Below, one piece after another: positions 47,444-57,465 of a stretch of 64,000 nucleotides of DNA. The stretch covers positions 5,024,001 to 5,088,000 of the forward strand of contig OZ253580.1 in NCBI GenBank assembly GCA_965263035.1. Reading direction: 5' to 3'. The translations under genes and the position numbers were made by a program. The notes under the pieces are model-generated. The model was not told where the DNA came from. It did not search any database and saw only the letters and a program-made list of their open reading frames with translations. Each line of letters opens with the position of its first letter. The stretch's first letter is position 1. Source of the DNA: Acidobacteriota bacterium. Lineage in GTDB: Bacteria > Acidobacteriota > UBA6911 > RPQK01 > JAJDTT01.

Positions 47444-49237
47444 TCATTCGGGGAAATAGCTCAGGTCCCACTCTCCCAGCTTCCACAATGGACTGGAAGT
47501 CGGTTCGGGTTCGGGCCGGCCGGCCATGATCCAGGCGGCAATCTCCTCATGGTGACCCAGACGGGCCAGCGTCTCGGAGGCCTGGCCGCCGGCGATGGCG
47601 GTGTCCCAGAAGGCCAGATGCTCGACTCCCATGGAGTAGAGCTGGCCGGCCTTGTTCCGGTATTGAGCGGCGTCCAGATTTCGGGGCATCACATTGAGCG
47701 CCAGACGGCAATCCCCCGCGCGGGCCAGGCGAACCCAATAGGTGACGTCGGCGGGGTCTTCCCAAGCGGTCTGAAAGCTGAACAGGCTCCGGGCCGAGGT
47801 GTAGGGGATCAGCGTGTCCACCAGACCCTCCTGAACCCACCGCTCGACGTCAATCCCGTAAAGCAGATTCTCCTCGCGGGAGCCGAACAGCCAGGCGGTG
47901 ACCGGGAGGGGCGCGGACGCGCCCTGTTCCTGGGCGGCCTCCGCCAGTTCGGCCTTGAGGTCCTCCATGAAACCGGTGAGGACCCGGCTCTTGTAGGCCA
48001 GCCAGCGGGGATCCGTTTCGGGCAGGCGCCGGGGGTCTACTCCGAACTCCTCCTGGAAGCCCTCCACCAGCGGCCTTTCGTACTCCAGGAAGGGGGGCTG
48101 CCGGTTGTAGAGAATGGCGATGCCGTCGATGGGATGCCCGGTCATCTCCCGGATCAACGAGAGGACGTAGCGGCGAGTTTCGGGAAAGGCATACGACAAC
48201 CCGAGCGAGGGCCGGCCGTCGCGGCCCACGCAACGGAGCTCGGGGCGCTGGTCGTAGAGTCCGCCGCGATTGAATTCGTCGAACGGCGGAGGCCAGTAGA
48301 AGGGTCGCCAGCCGATTCGGTAACAGGCGTGGAACTCCATCCCCAGTTCGTGAGCGAAGTCGGCGGCGACGCGAAAGGGATCGATTCCGCGTTCGACGTA
48401 GCCGTCCCAGGCTTCCCGGGCCAGACGGTCGTAGCGCCTGGGGGGATCCTGGGTCCGGATGCCCCGGTGGTCCCAGACCCGCCCGATGCGGGTCAGGTAG
48501 TTGCAGATGTCCCCGTGGGCGCCGTCCCAGTAGATGCGTCCGAAATCGGTGTGACGGTAGGGTTCCAGTTGGGCCTGAATGGCCGTCTCTTGGGACCGGC
48601 CTCCCGGCATTCGGTATCCCCGGTCGCCGTCGAACCAGGAGTCGTTGTAGGCGAACAGCCGGCGATGGGTCGGGTCGGACCGGTCATGTTCCAGGTTTCG
48701 GACCTCTTCGCCGGTGAGGGGGACCAGCTTGATGTAGGCGAGCCAGACCTTGCCGCTGATGTTGCCGAAGGCCTGTTCGTCGGGCACCGCCCGCTGGCAC
48801 GGTTGCCGGAACGCCAGGGTCTGGCCCGACAGGTCGGCGGTTTTCCAGAAGACGTCCTGGATTCTGGGGCCCTGTTTCTGATCATTTGCCGGGACGCCCC
48901 AGGGGCGTTCGCTGGGGACGGGAAGATAGATGAGCGAGAACGCCGGATCTCCGCTGAGCCGGGCGAAGACCCGTTGAGCCTCATAGGGCCGCCACGCATT
49001 GTTGAAGAGGCCGACATAGACGTCATGCCACCCCTGGACCTCGAGCGGGTAGGTGATCTCCGCCGCCTCGGTCTCTTCCCCGGCGAAGAGGAGCGTTCCC
49101 GCGGCAGTATCGGTCTCGAACTCCATCATTCGCCAGGCAAACCGGCGGGCCGTGCGACTGAGGGCGGTCGCCGGCTGGCAGCGGTCCAGATCGGCCCGGT
49201 AGACGGGATCGTTCTGCCTCCGGAATCGATCGAGCAT
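47444..49237 (-). CDS. DUF187/GH10-like TIM-barrel protein with N-terminal domain
   Basis: GGAG RBS before MLDRFRR; GRIYWDG, LSYAFPETR, IDGIAILYNR, FQEEFGVDPRRLPETDPRW. Confidence 0.7.
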   Translation of the reverse strand: MLDRFRRQNDPVYRADLDRCQPATALSRTARRFAWRMMEFETDTAAGTLLFAGEETEAAEITYPLEVQGWHDVYVGLFNNAWRPYEAQRVFARLSGDPAFSLIYLPVPSERPWGVPANDQKQGPRIQDVFWKTADLSGQTLAFRQPCQRAVPDEQAFGNISGKVWLAYIKLVPLTGEEVRNLEHDRSDPTHRRLFAYNDSWFDGDRGYRMPGGRSQETAIQAQLEPYRHTDFGRIYWDGAHGDICNYLTRIGRVWDHRGIRTQDPPRRYDRLAREAWDGYVERGIDPFRVAADFAHELGMEFHACYRIGWRPFYWPPPFDEFNRGGLYDQRPELRCVGRDGRPSLGLSYAFPETRRYVLSLIREMTGHPIDGIAILYNRQPPFLEYERPLVEGFQEEFGVDPRRLPETDPRWLAYKSRVLTGFMEDLKAELAEAAQEQGASAPLPVTAWLFGSREENLLYGIDVERWVQEGLVDTLIPYTSARSLFSFQTAWEDPADVTYWVRLARAGDCRLALNVMPRNLDAAQYRNKAGQLYSMGVEHLAFWDTAIAGGQASETLARLGHHEEIAAWIMAGRPEPEPTSSPLWKLGEWDLSYFPE

Positions 49238-49375
49238 AGCAGCGGCTCCAGGAGGCGCCTGCGCCGGTCTCGGGGGCTCCTCCTTGGGACACCGGATTGT
49301 ATCCAGCCGCAATCGGGGGGATCAAGCGGTCTCTTTGAACCGGACAACACGGCTTGTATAGTGGGCGGCGCCAAC

Positions 49376-52300
49376 ATGATCCCTCCCCTTGTACACACCT
49401 TCCATCTGGACGAAGGAGCCGCCTTTCGCTGGCGCTTCGCGGGGCTGGTCCTGGGGGGCCTGCTCCTGGTGGCCTACTGGCAGGAGTGGATCGTCTCCCC
49501 CTTTCCCTGGGACCTGGGCCTCATCCTGACCTTCCTCTACGGGTACAGCACCTTCCACCGAGCGTTCCAGGACGTGATCTCCCGGCGGATCAGCGCCGAG
49601 CAGGCGGTGACTCTGGCAGCCTTGGCCGCGCTCTACGTGGGCGAGTATCTGGCCGCCGCCGAGGTGGTTTACATCATGCTCGTGGGCGAGACCCTGGAGG
49701 CCTACGCCTCCAGGAGGTTCCACACCGATTTGACGCAGCTTCTCTCGATGCTGCCCCAGGAGGCCCACCGCTGGGGAGACGACGGCGAAGAACACGTGGC
49801 GCTGGGAGAACTCCGGCCGGAAGACCGGGTGGTGGTCTATCCGGGCGAGAGGGTCCCGGTGGACGGCGTGATCGTGGAAGGGGAATCGCTCCTGGACGAG
49901 AGTTCCATCACGGGAGAATCGGTGCCCCGGGAGCGGTCAATCCGCGACGAGGTCTACGCCGGGAGCGTGAACCAGACCGCCCGGCTCCTGATCCGGGCCC
50001 GCCATGTGGGCGAAACCACGGTGTTGAACCGGATCGTGGAACTGGTGCGCCAGGCCCGGGAGAGCAAGGCTCCCATTCAGCGGACTGCGGACCGCTACGC
50101 CCAATGGTTCCTGCCCCTGGTGCTGGGAATCGCGGTCCTCTGTTACGTGGTGACGGGTGACTGGATGCGCTCGGTGGCGATCCTGATCGTGGCCTGCCCC
50201 TGCGCCATGGTCCTGGCGACACCGGCGGCCGTGCTGGCCACCATCAGCGCCCTGGCCCGGAAGGGCATCGTCGTTAGGGGCGGGGTCCAGATCGAGGAGC
50301 TCTCCAAGATCGACTGCTTTGCCTTCGACAAGACTGGGACCCTCACCCGGGGCCGGCCCGAGCTGGTCCGGGTGATCCCCTTCGGAGAGTTTCGGCCCGA
50401 CGCGATCCTGGGTTGGGCGGCATCCCTTGAGTTCTTTTCCGAGCATCTCCTGGCCAAGGCCATCCGGGAAGCGGCGGAAACCCGGGGTCTCGACGTTTCT
50501 CCCGGGGAATCGGTCCAAAGGCACGCCGGTCTGGGTCTGGAGGGAACGCTGCCCTCCACCGGCGTTGAGGCGGGTCCGACCGTACTGGTGGGCAGCGCCC
50601 GGTTCCTAGAGCAGCGGGGAGTGACCCTCTCCAAGCCGGAGCAGGATGCCCTGGATCAGGCCGCGTCCGAGGGAGGCATCGCCGTCCTGGTGGGGTGGGA
50701 AGGGCAAGCCGCCGGAGTCCTCCTCCTGCGGGATCAACCCCGCGAGGAGGCGGGCCGGGCAGTGGCCGAGCTGCGTCAGCTGGGGATCCGGAAATCGCTG
50801 CTCTTGACGGGGGACAACGAGAAGGCGGCGCTGCGGGTGGCCCGGGAGGTGTCGATCGCCCAGGTCCACGCCGGCCTGCTCCCGGAGGAGAAGCTGGCCC
50901 ACCTGGAGGATCTCAAGCTCCAGGGCCTCCGCGTGGCGATGGTGGGAGACGGAGTCAACGACTCGCCGTCACTGGCCGCCGCCCATGTGGGCATCGCCAT
51001 GGGGGATACGGGGACCGACATCGCAGCCGAAGCGTCGGGCGTGGTGCTGGTCGGAGATGGCGGACTGGATCGCCTGAAGCCGTTGCTCCTAATGAGCCGC
51101 CGCGCCGTCAAGACCATCCACGACAACATCTTCTGGTTCGGTCTGGTCTTCAATCTGGCCGCGGTCATGGCCGCCTTCTGGGGGTACCTGAGCGCGGTGG
51201 GCGCCGCCGTGGTCCACCAGGGGTCCTCGTTCCTGGTCCTGATGAATTCCCTCAAGTTGCTGGACCGCCGGCCGTCGGAGTTTCTTCCCCACGGGCTTGG
51301 TCACCGGCTTCACCATCTCCAGCACCGGTTCCACCACCTTCAGCACGATCTTCAGCATCTTCAGCACGACTTCCTCCACTGGTTGGACCATCGGAATCCG
51401 GCCCATCTTTTCCATCATTTTCTCCACTGGGCGGGCCATCGCAAGATGTCCCTCCTGCGCTGGGCCGGGACCGCGGCCGCCTTGGCGTATCTGATCTCCG
51501 GAGTCCGGATGCTGGCCCCGGAGGAGGTGGGTGTGGTCCAGCGTCTGGGCCGGCTCCTCGAGGGGTCGTTGGACCCGGGCCTTCACTACGTGGCTCCTTG
51601 GCCCGTGGAGACCCTCCACCGGCTCCGGCCCGCGCAGGTCCGCACCGTGGAGCTGGGTTTCCGGATCTCCGACTCGGCGCCCGAGGCCGAAGTGGGGCCG
51701 GCCGCCTACGAGTGGAACATTCAACATCGCCAGGGGCGCTATCTGCGGAGGGAAGACGAGGCGCTCATGCTCACGGGAGATGAGTATCTGGTGGAGGTCA
51801 ATGCGGTAGTCCACTACTCCATCTCCGATTTCCACCAGTACCTCTTCGCCAGTTCGAACCTGGAGTCCACCTTGCAGTTCCTGTGCGAGAGCGCCTTGCG
51901 GCAGGTGGCTGCCACGATGGAGTTGGATCGGATTCTGGCCCTGGACCGGCGGACCATCGAGAGCGCGGCGATGGAGATGGTCCGAGCGGAGGCGGACCGC
52001 CTGGGCCTGGGGGTCCGAGTCCAGGCGTTCCACCTCCAGGACGTACATCCGGCGCTGGAGGTGGTGGGGGCGTTCCGGGACGTGGCCAGCGCCCTGGAGC
52101 AGAAGAGCCGTATGATCAACGAAGCGCATGCCTACGCCAACGAGCGGGTGCCCATTGCGGCGGGCGAAGCCCAGGGACGCCAGATCCAGGCCCGGTCCTA
52201 TGCGCTTTCCCGGGTCAGGCGCTCCGAGGGCGAGTCCCGCCGTTTCGATTTGCTCTACGGCGCCTACCGGCAGTCTCCGGAAACGACGCGCATCCGGATC

Positions 52301-52447
52301 TACCTGGAAGCCGTCGAAGCGGGCTTGGCGGGTAAGAAGAAATACATCCTGGACCAGAGTTCGGGACGACGGAAGATGCTCCTGTTTCGTAATTCGGTGT
52401 TCAATTTCGGAGACTTCGAGAAGGCGGTCGCCGGCCGCGGGCAATGA
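49376..52447 (+). CDS. P1B heavy-metal ATPase fused to a C-terminal HflK-like SPFH domain via a His-rich linker (1023 aa)
   Basis: TGES, ACPCAMVLATP, DKTGTLT, SEH, TGDN, MVGDGVNDSP; His heptads; then GVVQRLGR, PGLHYVAPWP, MLTGDEYLV, AFRDVASA, RIRIYLEAVE. Confidence 0.9.
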   Translation: MIPPLVHTFHLDEGAAFRWRFAGLVLGGLLLVAYWQEWIVSPFPWDLGLILTFLYGYSTFHRAFQDVISRRISAEQAVTLAALAALYVGEYLAAAEVVYIMLVGETLEAYASRRFHTDLTQLLSMLPQEAHRWGDDGEEHVALGELRPEDRVVVYPGERVPVDGVIVEGESLLDESSITGESVPRERSIRDEVYAGSVNQTARLLIRARHVGETTVLNRIVELVRQARESKAPIQRTADRYAQWFLPLVLGIAVLCYVVTGDWMRSVAILIVACPCAMVLATPAAVLATISALARKGIVVRGGVQIEELSKIDCFAFDKTGTLTRGRPELVRVIPFGEFRPDAILGWAASLEFFSEHLLAKAIREAAETRGLDVSPGESVQRHAGLGLEGTLPSTGVEAGPTVLVGSARFLEQRGVTLSKPEQDALDQAASEGGIAVLVGWEGQAAGVLLLRDQPREEAGRAVAELRQLGIRKSLLLTGDNEKAALRVAREVSIAQVHAGLLPEEKLAHLEDLKLQGLRVAMVGDGVNDSPSLAAAHVGIAMGDTGTDIAAEASGVVLVGDGGLDRLKPLLLMSRRAVKTIHDNIFWFGLVFNLAAVMAAFWGYLSAVGAAVVHQGSSFLVLMNSLKLLDRRPSEFLPHGLGHRLHHLQHRFHHLQHDLQHLQHDFLHWLDHRNPAHLFHHFLHWAGHRKMSLLRWAGTAAALAYLISGVRMLAPEEVGVVQRLGRLLEGSLDPGLHYVAPWPVETLHRLRPAQVRTVELGFRISDSAPEAEVGPAAYEWNIQHRQGRYLRREDEALMLTGDEYLVEVNAVVHYSISDFHQYLFASSNLESTLQFLCESALRQVAATMELDRILALDRRTIESAAMEMVRAEADRLGLGVRVQAFHLQDVHPALEVVGAFRDVASALEQKSRMINEAHAYANERVPIAAGEAQGRQIQARSYALSRVRRSEGESRRFDLLYGAYRQSPETTRIRIYLEAVEAGLAGKKKYILDQSSGRRKMLLFRNSVFNFGDFEKAVAGRGQ
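51302..51385 (+). repeat. 4 x 21-bp imperfect tandem repeat encoding His heptads
   Basis: CACCGGCTTCACCATCTCCAG / CACCGGTTCCACCACCTTCAG / CACGATCTTCAGCATCTTCAG / CACGACTTCCTCCACTGGTTG. Confidence 0.8.
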
Positions 52448-52511
52448 TCCGGAGGCGCTGTCCGTGTTGGCGCCGCCCGGCGGCGGACGTCAATCGATGG
52501 AGAACAAGTAG

Positions 52512-53411
52512 ATGACCCGAACTCGGAAAATAATCCGGAACCGGTTCTTCTGGATCCTGATCATATTGATCCTGTCCTTTCGGAGCCTGTTCTTGGTGAA
52601 CGAACAGGAGATGGTCCTGGTCACCCAGTTCGGCCGGCCTGTCGCCCAATACAAGGATGCGGGGCCCCGCCTCAAATGGTTCTTCCAGGGGCTTACACGC
52701 ATCGACAAACGTCTCCACCTGTACAATCCGCGGCCCTCCGAATATCTGACCCGGGACAAGAAGAATCTCCTGGTGGAGACCTACGTGATCTGGCAGGTGG
52801 AGGATCCGCTCCAATATCTGCGGACCGTCGGAGATCGCTCCGGTGCCGAAATGCGCTTGCACGACATCGTGTGGTCGTCGGTCTCCGCCGATCTGGGCCG
52901 GACCGAGCTTTCCGAATTGGTGGCTACGGACCCGGACCAGGTTCGCCTGGAGCCCTTGATGGAGAAGCTCACACACGAGTGCGATGAGACCTCCCGCCAA
53001 CGTTATGGAATTCGGATCGCGTCCGTGGACGTGAAGCGGATCAATCTGCCCACCCAGAACCGAGAGAGCGTCTATGCCCGGATGCGGGCCGAGCGGGACC
53101 GCATCGCCAAGAAATATCGAGCCGAAGGGGAGGAGGAGGCCCGCAAGATCCGGGCCGAGGCGGACCGCCAAGCCGAGGAGCTGCTGTCGGCGGCCTACAA
53201 GCAGACGGAGATCATCCGGGGCGAGGCGGACGCCCAAGCCACCCGGATCTACGGAAGGGCCTATTCCCGGGACCCCGAGTTCTACCAGATGGTACGGACG
53301 CTGGAAGCATACCAACGAATCCTGGACGACAAGACCACCGCGGTCCTCTCAGCGGACTCCGAGTTGCTCAAGCTGCTGACCAAGGGGAGAAACGGAAAGT
53401 TTGCCCGGTGA
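52512..53411 (+). CDS. hflC: HflC-like SPFH protein
   Basis: VTQFGRP, LTRDKKNLLVETY, VYARMRAER, GEADAQATRIY, DPEFY...RTLEAY. Confidence 0.88.
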   Translation: MTRTRKIIRNRFFWILIILILSFRSLFLVNEQEMVLVTQFGRPVAQYKDAGPRLKWFFQGLTRIDKRLHLYNPRPSEYLTRDKKNLLVETYVIWQVEDPLQYLRTVGDRSGAEMRLHDIVWSSVSADLGRTELSELVATDPDQVRLEPLMEKLTHECDETSRQRYGIRIASVDVKRINLPTQNRESVYARMRAERDRIAKKYRAEGEEEARKIRAEADRQAEELLSAAYKQTEIIRGEADAQATRIYGRAYSRDPEFYQMVRTLEAYQRILDDKTTAVLSADSELLKLLTKGRNGKFAR

Positions 53412-54331
53412 ATAACTGGTTGCGAGAAAATGTCCTGCTGCTGCTGGCGGTGCTCATCGCCCTGTATCTGGCTTCCGGGATCTACTATGTCCCCGCAGAT
53501 CAGCAGGCGGTCACGGTGCGCCTGGGCCGGCTTATTCCGGAGCGGATCCAACCGGGTCTCCAGTATGCCTGGCCCTATCCGCTGGAGCAGGTGATCCTCT
53601 TGAAGACCAGCGAAGCCCAGCGACTCACCATCGGGGGCACCGATCTGGACCGGGCGTTGGGTGTACGGGCCCTGGTGGAGGACGACTCGCTTCTGAGCGG
53701 TGACCAGAACCTGGTCCACTTCCGCGCTTCCATTCAGTACTTCATCCAGGATGCGGGCCCCTATCTGTTCCGGTCTCGGAGTCTTTTCCGGGTTCTGGAA
53801 GCTCTTCTCTACCGGACCCTCTCCCGAGCCGTTTCCGTCCGGGGGGTCGACGACGTGCTCACCACAGGCCGGATCGAGATTCAGAATCGGGTCCGGGAAG
53901 ATCTGCAACGGGAGTCGGACCGGTTGGATTTAGGCGTGGCCGTGACTGGCGTGGCCCTGGAACAGGTCCTTCCACCCCAACAGGTTCGAGACGCGTTTCT
54001 GGAGGTGGCCAACGCCAGGGAGGACCGGAACCGGATCGTGCAGGAGGCGAGGGGCTACTCCAGCGAGCTGCTGCCCAGGACCCGGGGCCAGGCGCAGGAA
54101 AACCTCCAGCAGGCTCGCATCTATGGACGTGAAGTGGTGGACCGGGCCCAAGGCGAGTCCCAGCATTTCCTGAGCCTGTGGGGAGAGTACCGGCGCCATC
54201 CCACCGTCACCACGGTCCGGCTCTTTCTGGAGGCCATGGAGGAGATCCTCCCGCGCACCCGCAAGATCATTCTGGACGACGCGGGAAGCAAACAGGGTCT
54301 GGACCTGGATATCTTCGCCCTGGAGGAGTGA
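53408..54331 (+). CDS. hflK: HflK-like SPFH protein
   Basis: PGLQYAWPYP, LSGDQNLV, PPQQVRDAFLEVANAREDR, ARGY...LPRTRG, VRLFLEAMEEIL. Confidence 0.85.
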   Translation: MNNWLRENVLLLLAVLIALYLASGIYYVPADQQAVTVRLGRLIPERIQPGLQYAWPYPLEQVILLKTSEAQRLTIGGTDLDRALGVRALVEDDSLLSGDQNLVHFRASIQYFIQDAGPYLFRSRSLFRVLEALLYRTLSRAVSVRGVDDVLTTGRIEIQNRVREDLQRESDRLDLGVAVTGVALEQVLPPQQVRDAFLEVANAREDRNRIVQEARGYSSELLPRTRGQAQENLQQARIYGREVVDRAQGESQHFLSLWGEYRRHPTVTTVRLFLEAMEEILPRTRKIILDDAGSKQGLDLDIFALEE

Positions 54332-54367
54332 CGGAAGCCGGCGAGGGGGAACTTCGGGTAAACGGAG

Positions 54368-54841
54368 ATGGAACCGAGAAAATGGGTCTCCCTGCTGGCG
54401 ATCCTGGGCTGCTTCCTCTATTTCGCCTCCCGCGATCCGCCCATCAGGGAAACAGGAAGGGAAGAGAGTCCCGACGACGTCCTGATCGCCATGGTCCAGG
54501 CCATGGAGCGCGGTGACGTGCAAGCGCTCCAGGAGTGCTTCGGGGGAGACTTGAGGCGGCGCCTCGAGAACCTGTTGGCGCGGGAATCAGGACCCCGGCT
54601 GGGCGAGTGGCTCCGGAGACGGGGAGCCGCAGTCAAGGGGCTCGCCATTCTGGACCAGGAGGAGCTGGGTCCGGATCAGGTCCGGGTCCTGACCGAGACG
54701 GTCTACAACGACCGCAACACCCGGCAGTCCTTCCGGTTGGAGCGGGAGAACGGATCCTGGAGGGTGACCCAGAGCGATTTCGAGATGGTCAGCGACTGGG
54801 AAAACGATTTTGGGAAGTCGATTCGCGATGTGGAGCGTTAG
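54368..54841 (+). CDS. small membrane-anchored protein, possibly NTF2-like
   Basis: N-terminal TM helix; AMERGDVQAL...FRLERENGSWRV pattern. Confidence 0.6.
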   Translation: MEPRKWVSLLAILGCFLYFASRDPPIRETGREESPDDVLIAMVQAMERGDVQALQECFGGDLRRRLENLLARESGPRLGEWLRRRGAAVKGLAILDQEELGPDQVRVLTETVYNDRNTRQSFRLERENGSWRVTQSDFEMVSDWENDFGKSIRDVER

Positions 54842-55001
54842 TGACTCTGGAGAGTCAGCAGTGGGAGCATCTCGCGCCGCCGTCGGCTCAATAATGCGTG
54901 GTGTTGGAATCCATTCCGGATCGGCCACGATTGTCCTACCGTGGGGGACGCCTCGTGAGCCTTAGCGATGTGAACTCTTCGTACCTTGATTAGCGCTCGA
55001 C

Positions 55002-57455
55002 GTGCGAGATCTTCTCAAGAAACACTTCGGCTTTGACAATTTTCTGCCCCTCCAGGAGGAGATCGTCTCGAGTGTCCTGGATGGGCAGGACACGTTGGTG
55101 CTCATGCCGACGGGCGGGGGCAAGTCCCTCTGCTATCAGCTTCCCGCGTTGCGACTGGACGGGTTGACGTTGGTGATCTCGCCCTTGATCGCCCTCATGA
55201 AGGACCAGGTGGATGCCCTGAAGGCCAACGGCATCGCCGCGGGTTTCATCAACAGCGCCCTTACCCGGAGCGAGATCAGTCGGGTTGAGAAACAGGTCCG
55301 GCGAGGCTCCCTCAAGATCCTGTACGTCGCCCCCGAAAGATTGGCCCTACCTCAATTCAGGGACTTTTTGAAACCTCTGAGGATCGGCCTCGTAGCCGTG
55401 GACGAGGCCCACTGTATCTCCGAGTGGGGTCACGACTTCCGGCCGGATTACCGCCGCCTCGGCAACCTGCGTCGCGATCTGTCCGGAGTTCCCTTCATTG
55501 CCTTGACCGCCACTGCCACCAAACGGGTCCGCTGGGACATCGCGCAGCAGCTCGGACTGAAACAGCCTGCAAGATTCATTGCCAGCTTCAACCGCGCCAA
55601 CCTCAACTACGCGGTGCGGCCGAAACGAAATGCCTTCGACGGACTTGTGGAATTGCTGGAGAAATACGATGGGGAGTCCGCTATCGTGTACTGCTTCTCC
55701 CGCAAAGGGACTGAGGAAGTGGCGGCGAGTCTACGCGATGATGGTTTCAAGGCACAGCCCTACCATGCCGGGCTCGAGAGTCAAGTGCGGCGGGAGACGC
55801 AAGACAAGTTCATCAAGGATGAGGTGCCCATCATCGTGGCCACCATCGCCTTTGGCATGGGCATCGACAAGTCGAACATCCGTCTGGTGGTCCACTACGA
55901 CCTGCCCAAGTCCTTGGAGAGCTACTACCAGGAGACCGGCCGGGCTGGACGCGACGGTCTCTCCAGCGACTGCGTCCTCTTCTACACCTACGGCGACAAG
56001 GTGAAACAGGATTATTTCATCGACCAGATCGAAGACGAGATCGAACGGCGCCGATCGCGGGACAAGCTGGCAAAGGTAGTCGGGTTCTGCGAGTTGCAGA
56101 GTTGCCGCAGGAGCTACCTGCTGCGCTACTTCGGCGAAGCTTGGGAGCAGGAAGATTGCCAAGCCTGCGACGTCTGTCTCACGCCCCGGGAGGAGTTCGA
56201 TGCCACGGAGATCGCCCAGAAGATCCTGTCGGCGGTGGTGCGTACGGGCGAGCGGTTCGGTGCTGGCCACGTCATTCGGGTGCTACGGGGATCCGGAGCC
56301 AAACGGATCAAGGAACTGGGACACGACCGTCTCAGTGTCTACGGAATTGTTGACGATTTTCCCGAGGTCGAACTCATTGAGGTTTCCAGGCAGTTGGTGA
56401 CCAGGGGTCTTCTGTTCAACAACGGACGCGATTACCCGACGTTGGGGATCACGCCGGGCGGGTGGAAGTTCCTGAAAAAACGGGAAAAGCTGACCCTTTC
56501 CAGGCCCCAGAGCCAGGAGGACCGCACGGACTCCCCGGACCGGAGGACTCGGGAATACGACCGCACCCTCTTCGAGAAGCTACGCGGACTGCGCGGCCGG
56601 ATTGCCACCCGGCTGGGCGTGCCGCCCTATGTCGTATTCAGCGACGCGACGCTCCAGCAGATGGCGCAGTGGATTCCCCAGAGCCGCGAGACCCTGTCAC
56701 GCATTTCCGGCGTGGGCTCCGCGAAACTGGAACAGTTGGGCGGTGAGTTCCTCGAGGCCATTCGGTCTCACGCCCGTGAACACGGTCTGGAGGACCGCAC
56801 GCCTCCATCCCGAAATCGCGACGCGAGCGGCGGATCAAAGCGTGGAGACAAAAACGGAAAACCGGCCTACAGCGTCGATGAGATCCGTCAAGAACACGCC
56901 CGAGCCTATGAGAAGTGGTCTCCGGAAGAAGACGAGGAGCTGGTTCGGAAACATGGCACGGGAACGAATGTTTCGGATCTGGCCGAAGATTTCGGGAGAC
57001 GGCCCAGCGCGATCCGGTCCCGCTTGAAAAATCTCGGTCTCAGGAAGCCCGGCACCAAGGACCGAAGTCCCACCTACGATCAGACGGGGCGGCTGTTTCG
57101 CCAGGGACTGTCCATCGAGGAGGTGGCGCGGCGGCGCGGCCTGACGCAGGGCACGATCGTCAGCCACCTGGAGTTTCTGGCAACGGCCGGCGAGCAACTC
57201 GACCTGGACCGGCACCTGCCGCCGGCGGAGAGCACGGAGAAGATCGTTGCGGCCTTCCGGGAATTGAGCAACTTGTACACGGCCCTGAAACCGGTCAAGG
57301 AGATGGTTGGAGAGGATTGTTCCTACGAGGAAATAAGATTGGTGCGAATCTTCTTGCGGCAGCAAGGTTCATTGGCGGCCACTGACGAAGGGACGGGGCG
57401 CGAGGGGGCGGCGCTGGTTGATCCTGAATCGCGGGACGATCGCCCTGAACGGTGA
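55002..57455 (+). CDS. recQ: ATP-dependent DNA helicase RecQ with HRDC and extra C-terminal HTH domains
   Basis: MPTGGGKSLCYQLP, VDEAHCISEWGHDFRPDY, ATIAFGMGIDK, QETGRAGRDG, CRR...CQACDVC, HRDC VPPYVVFSDATL. Confidence 0.96.
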   Translation: MRDLLKKHFGFDNFLPLQEEIVSSVLDGQDTLVLMPTGGGKSLCYQLPALRLDGLTLVISPLIALMKDQVDALKANGIAAGFINSALTRSEISRVEKQVRRGSLKILYVAPERLALPQFRDFLKPLRIGLVAVDEAHCISEWGHDFRPDYRRLGNLRRDLSGVPFIALTATATKRVRWDIAQQLGLKQPARFIASFNRANLNYAVRPKRNAFDGLVELLEKYDGESAIVYCFSRKGTEEVAASLRDDGFKAQPYHAGLESQVRRETQDKFIKDEVPIIVATIAFGMGIDKSNIRLVVHYDLPKSLESYYQETGRAGRDGLSSDCVLFYTYGDKVKQDYFIDQIEDEIERRRSRDKLAKVVGFCELQSCRRSYLLRYFGEAWEQEDCQACDVCLTPREEFDATEIAQKILSAVVRTGERFGAGHVIRVLRGSGAKRIKELGHDRLSVYGIVDDFPEVELIEVSRQLVTRGLLFNNGRDYPTLGITPGGWKFLKKREKLTLSRPQSQEDRTDSPDRRTREYDRTLFEKLRGLRGRIATRLGVPPYVVFSDATLQQMAQWIPQSRETLSRISGVGSAKLEQLGGEFLEAIRSHAREHGLEDRTPPSRNRDASGGSKRGDKNGKPAYSVDEIRQEHARAYEKWSPEEDEELVRKHGTGTNVSDLAEDFGRRPSAIRSRLKNLGLRKPGTKDRSPTYDQTGRLFRQGLSIEEVARRRGLTQGTIVSHLEFLATAGEQLDLDRHLPPAESTEKIVAAFRELSNLYTALKPVKEMVGEDCSYEEIRLVRIFLRQQGSLAATDEGTGREGAALVDPESRDDRPER

Positions 57456-57465
57456 ACTGACACGG

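Noticed and set aside
47549-49375. N-terminal ~600 aa of the 1632-aa ORF
   Set aside because: Antisense shadow of the minus-strand gene 47444-49237; the ATPase plausibly starts at ATG 49376.
51302-51385. CRISPR-like array
   Set aside because: Contiguous in-frame coding repeats without spacers; no cas genes or arrays seen in the window.
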